From positions 10,707 through 74,706 of IMG/VR virus record IMGVR_UViG_3300033463_000089: a stretch of 64,000 bases of DNA; one strand, given 5' to 3'. The stretch's first letter is position 1; each line of letters opens with the position of its first letter. The DNA is from a virus. This document shows positions 62,238-64,000 of the stretch, in pieces. Both the position numbers and the translations under genes were made by a program. Under the pieces are notes generated by a model. It was given only the letters and a program-made list of their open reading frames with translations, was not told where the DNA came from and did not search any database.

Positions 62238-62395
62238 TATCTTATTTCTTTTACATCTATCTCTTCGATGGTGGTCTGCCCACTCTCAATCCCTTTCAGG
62301 TTCATCGCCAGTCGCTCCACGTCCCTGGTTATCTCCCTGTCGGTCATTCTCGATGTCAGCACCTCCAGCTCTATTGTAACTATTCTCTTCTCCAT
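62237..62395 (-). CDS. Small ORF (52 aa) between endolysin and the membrane protein
   Basis: MEKRIVTIELEVLTSRMTDREITRDVERLAMNLKGIESGQTTIEEIDVKEIR. The stop overlaps the next start by 1 nt (TAATG). Confidence 0.3.
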   Translation of the reverse strand: MEKRIVTIELEVLTSRMTDREITRDVERLAMNLKGIESGQTTIEEIDVKEIR

Positions 62396-62398
62396 AGA

Positions 62399-62932
62399 CT
62401 ATACTCCAAATACGGTCTTAGCCACTCGCGTATAGTACGCCCGCTGGCTGTAGCCGTTATATCCACCGTTAATCTTCTTTGTCACACCTCTGCAGTCGTC
62501 GGCATCGGCATACTTATTCAGATTGTTCCGCTTCCAGAACCACATCGACGCTTTCTGACACCCCGGCTGCTTTGCCAGCCATTCCGGGTGACCCATAAGG
62601 TCGCCCACACAATAGCCGCTGTCCTGATACGCTTGGTAGTTTGCGCGGCCTGTGCATTGCAGGTAGCCACGTCCCTTGAACCTCATGCCGTCGCCCGGCT
62701 TCACGTTTCCCAAGTCTTTACGGCCTTCGTACTGCTTACCGCTGGCGATCTCTTCCAGCCATTTCAGTTGCCCAGTCTCATGGGCCACCTGTGCTATGTA
62801 GTGCGCCACCCTCATCGGCGTGTTGATACCGAATGTCTCTGCGTAGTCGTTGAACGACTTCACAAACTCCTTCACGCGCTCACTCATTGCCTGCGGCATG
62901 ATGCGCCTTATCTGTTGCTCTGTTATCTTCAT
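62399..62932 (-). CDS. Endolysin, glycoside hydrolase family 19 (chitinase-like lysozyme)
   Basis: 177 aa. HYIAQVAHETGQLKWLEE and FKGRGYLQCTGRANY are GH19 catalytic-core signatures. Confidence 0.85.
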   Translation of the reverse strand: MKITEQQIRRIMPQAMSERVKEFVKSFNDYAETFGINTPMRVAHYIAQVAHETGQLKWLEEIASGKQYEGRKDLGNVKPGDGMRFKGRGYLQCTGRANYQAYQDSGYCVGDLMGHPEWLAKQPGCQKASMWFWKRNNLNKYADADDCRGVTKKINGGYNGYSQRAYYTRVAKTVFGV

Positions 62933-63476
62933 TGCTTCTTCCCTTTCTTTTTTTACCGTGCACCTCGGCGGCGTTCTCGCCGTCGCTACTCCCGCCGACG
63001 TTACCCTTCTCCTTCTCTATCTCCTTGCGTATCGTCTCGTAAAGCAGCTCTATCTTGTGCGCGTCCTTAATCCCGATGCTCTTCGCCATCGCCTTTGCCA
63101 CGTTCAGCGGGTCTGCCTTGCCATCCTTGATGCGCTTGCGGTTCTCCCACACGCTCACCGCCTCGATAGCAATCTCGCCCACGGCCACAAGGACACAGGC
63201 AATAGGTATCTTTAGCCACAAGCTCAGACAAGCATCTATGAACGCCGCCAAGAAGTACAGCATCAGATACGTCACGTCCTTCTCCGCCGTGGCACGCAGG
63301 CCGTAGCTCGTTGTCTTGAACTGTCCTGCCGCCCTTGATGCCTTGATACCAAAGTATAAGTCCATGAGGCTGGCCGCCAGCACCATTACTGCCATCATGC
63401 CGATAGCCAGTCCCCAGAGCTTGGCGGCCTCAACGTCGCCTGAGATAATGTGCCCAATAAACAATAACTGTTCCAT
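62880..63476 (-). CDS. Holin-like membrane protein with long charged C-terminal tail
   Basis: 198 aa, three to four hydrophobic helices. Located directly upstream of the endolysin and overlapping it by 53 nt. Confidence 0.55.
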   Translation of the reverse strand: MEQLLFIGHIISGDVEAAKLWGLAIGMMAVMVLAASLMDLYFGIKASRAAGQFKTTSYGLRATAEKDVTYLMLYFLAAFIDACLSLWLKIPIACVLVAVGEIAIEAVSVWENRKRIKDGKADPLNVAKAMAKSIGIKDAHKIELLYETIRKEIEKEKGNVGGSSDGENAAEVHGKKRKGRSNEDNRATDKAHHAAGNE

Positions 63477-63486
63477 GTTTTATGTC

Positions 63487-64000
63487 TTAAAGATTAAACA
63501 CCAGCTTTTCCGGGTAGTCAGCCGTAATGTCATAAGAGAGAATATCCGACCTTTTGTTCAAGGCTTCTATCTCTGCCTTATGCTGTTCTGTCACGGCATA
63601 GCAGCTCATGGCATAGTCCTCCACGTCATCCAGTATCTGCCTGATGACCGTGATAGGCAGCGTCACAGGCTGCCCGTTGAAATATACGGTGTAATCATCA
63701 TGGCCCTTCTTCTCACGCACGTCGCAGCTGTTCACGAGACCTACACGTGTCTCTTTGTCAAGCCAAGCCTTCTCGCCTCCAAACAAGAAGCAGTTCACCT
63801 CGTCGCTCTTGTCATACTCCTTCTGAAGCTGCACCAGCATCTCCTTAGCTATGACTGTCATTCTATCAATATTTTTCTCGTCAGCAGAAATAGTAATATT
63901 AGCAGCAATCTGGTTGAATTGCTTTTTATATACATACACTTCATACCACTCACCAAGGTTATCATCTATAGCCTTGTAACTATAGCTGAATATTATACGA
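63487..64000 (-). CDS. Hypothetical protein, N-terminus beyond window edge
   Basis: The reading frame stays open from 63939 (a GTG in the ORF track) to nt 64000. Confidence 0.5.
   Translation of the reverse strand, partial: RIIFSYSYKAIDDNLGEWYEVYVYKKQFNQIAANITISADEKNIDRMTVIAKEMLVQLQKEYDKSDEVNCFLFGGEKAWLDKETRVGLVNSCDVREKKGHDDYTVYFNGQPVTLPITVIRQILDDVEDYAMSCYAVTEQHKAEIEALNKRSDILSYDITADYPEKLVFNL

Larger units (their letters stand above)
1..64000. mobile_element. Temperate tailed-phage (Caudoviricetes) genome segment, probable Bacteroidota host; both window edges lie inside phage genes
   Basis: Contains TerL, GH19 endolysin plus holin-like gene, tyrosine integrase, CI-like repressor, antirepressor, RecT module and Ig-like virion proteins. 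Several TAnnTTTG promoter boxes are present. No recognisable bacterial core gene. Confidence 0.85.

Noticed and set aside
61918-63215. + strand ORFs 61918-62379, 61980-62435, 62228-63070 and 62850-63215
   Set aside because: They are antisense to the lysis genes, which have strong motif support (GH19). Their composition is typical of shadow frames.

Overview
The whole 64-kb window reads as one temperate tailed-phage genome segment. I see no bacterial housekeeping genes, and both window edges cut phage ORFs. The host is probably a Bacteroidota (Prevotella/Bacteroides-like) organism. This is inferred from TAnnTTTG promoter boxes and from families I associate with Bacteroidales: an IntDOT-like integrase, a PcfK/PcfJ pair and a DUF4494-like protein. 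Layout, left to right: (1) a + strand virion operon (1-7207); (2) a small-protein, Cys-rich operon (7399-10714); (3) a - strand late block, which holds a single 16,062-nt ORF for a 5,353-aa polyvalent protein (10792-26853), the large terminase (28549-30726), a compact rhomboid-like protease and an AT-rich moron pair under an XRE regulator (33162-34427); (4) a + strand block of small accessory genes with a PcfK/PcfJ pair (34883-39605); (5) a tyrosine integrase with a repeat-dense candidate attP (39798-41300); (6) a CI-like repressor and immunity switch (42162-43105); (7) a long + strand early operon (43105-61416) with an antirepressor, NinG-like protein, SMC-like ATPase, RecT, MBL nuclease, NinB-like protein, SSB, an acyl carrier protein, a Gly-Tyr hexamer-repeat protein and many unknowns; (8) a - strand lysis cassette (61701-63476) with a GH19 endolysin and a holin-like protein. 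The most unusual element is the giant polyvalent ORF. It combines a helicase, an N6-adenine methyltransferase, a kinase-like domain and more than 3,000 aa with no motif I can name. No rRNA gene, complete tRNA gene or CRISPR array was seen. All family assignments come from reading motifs in the translations, not from searches.
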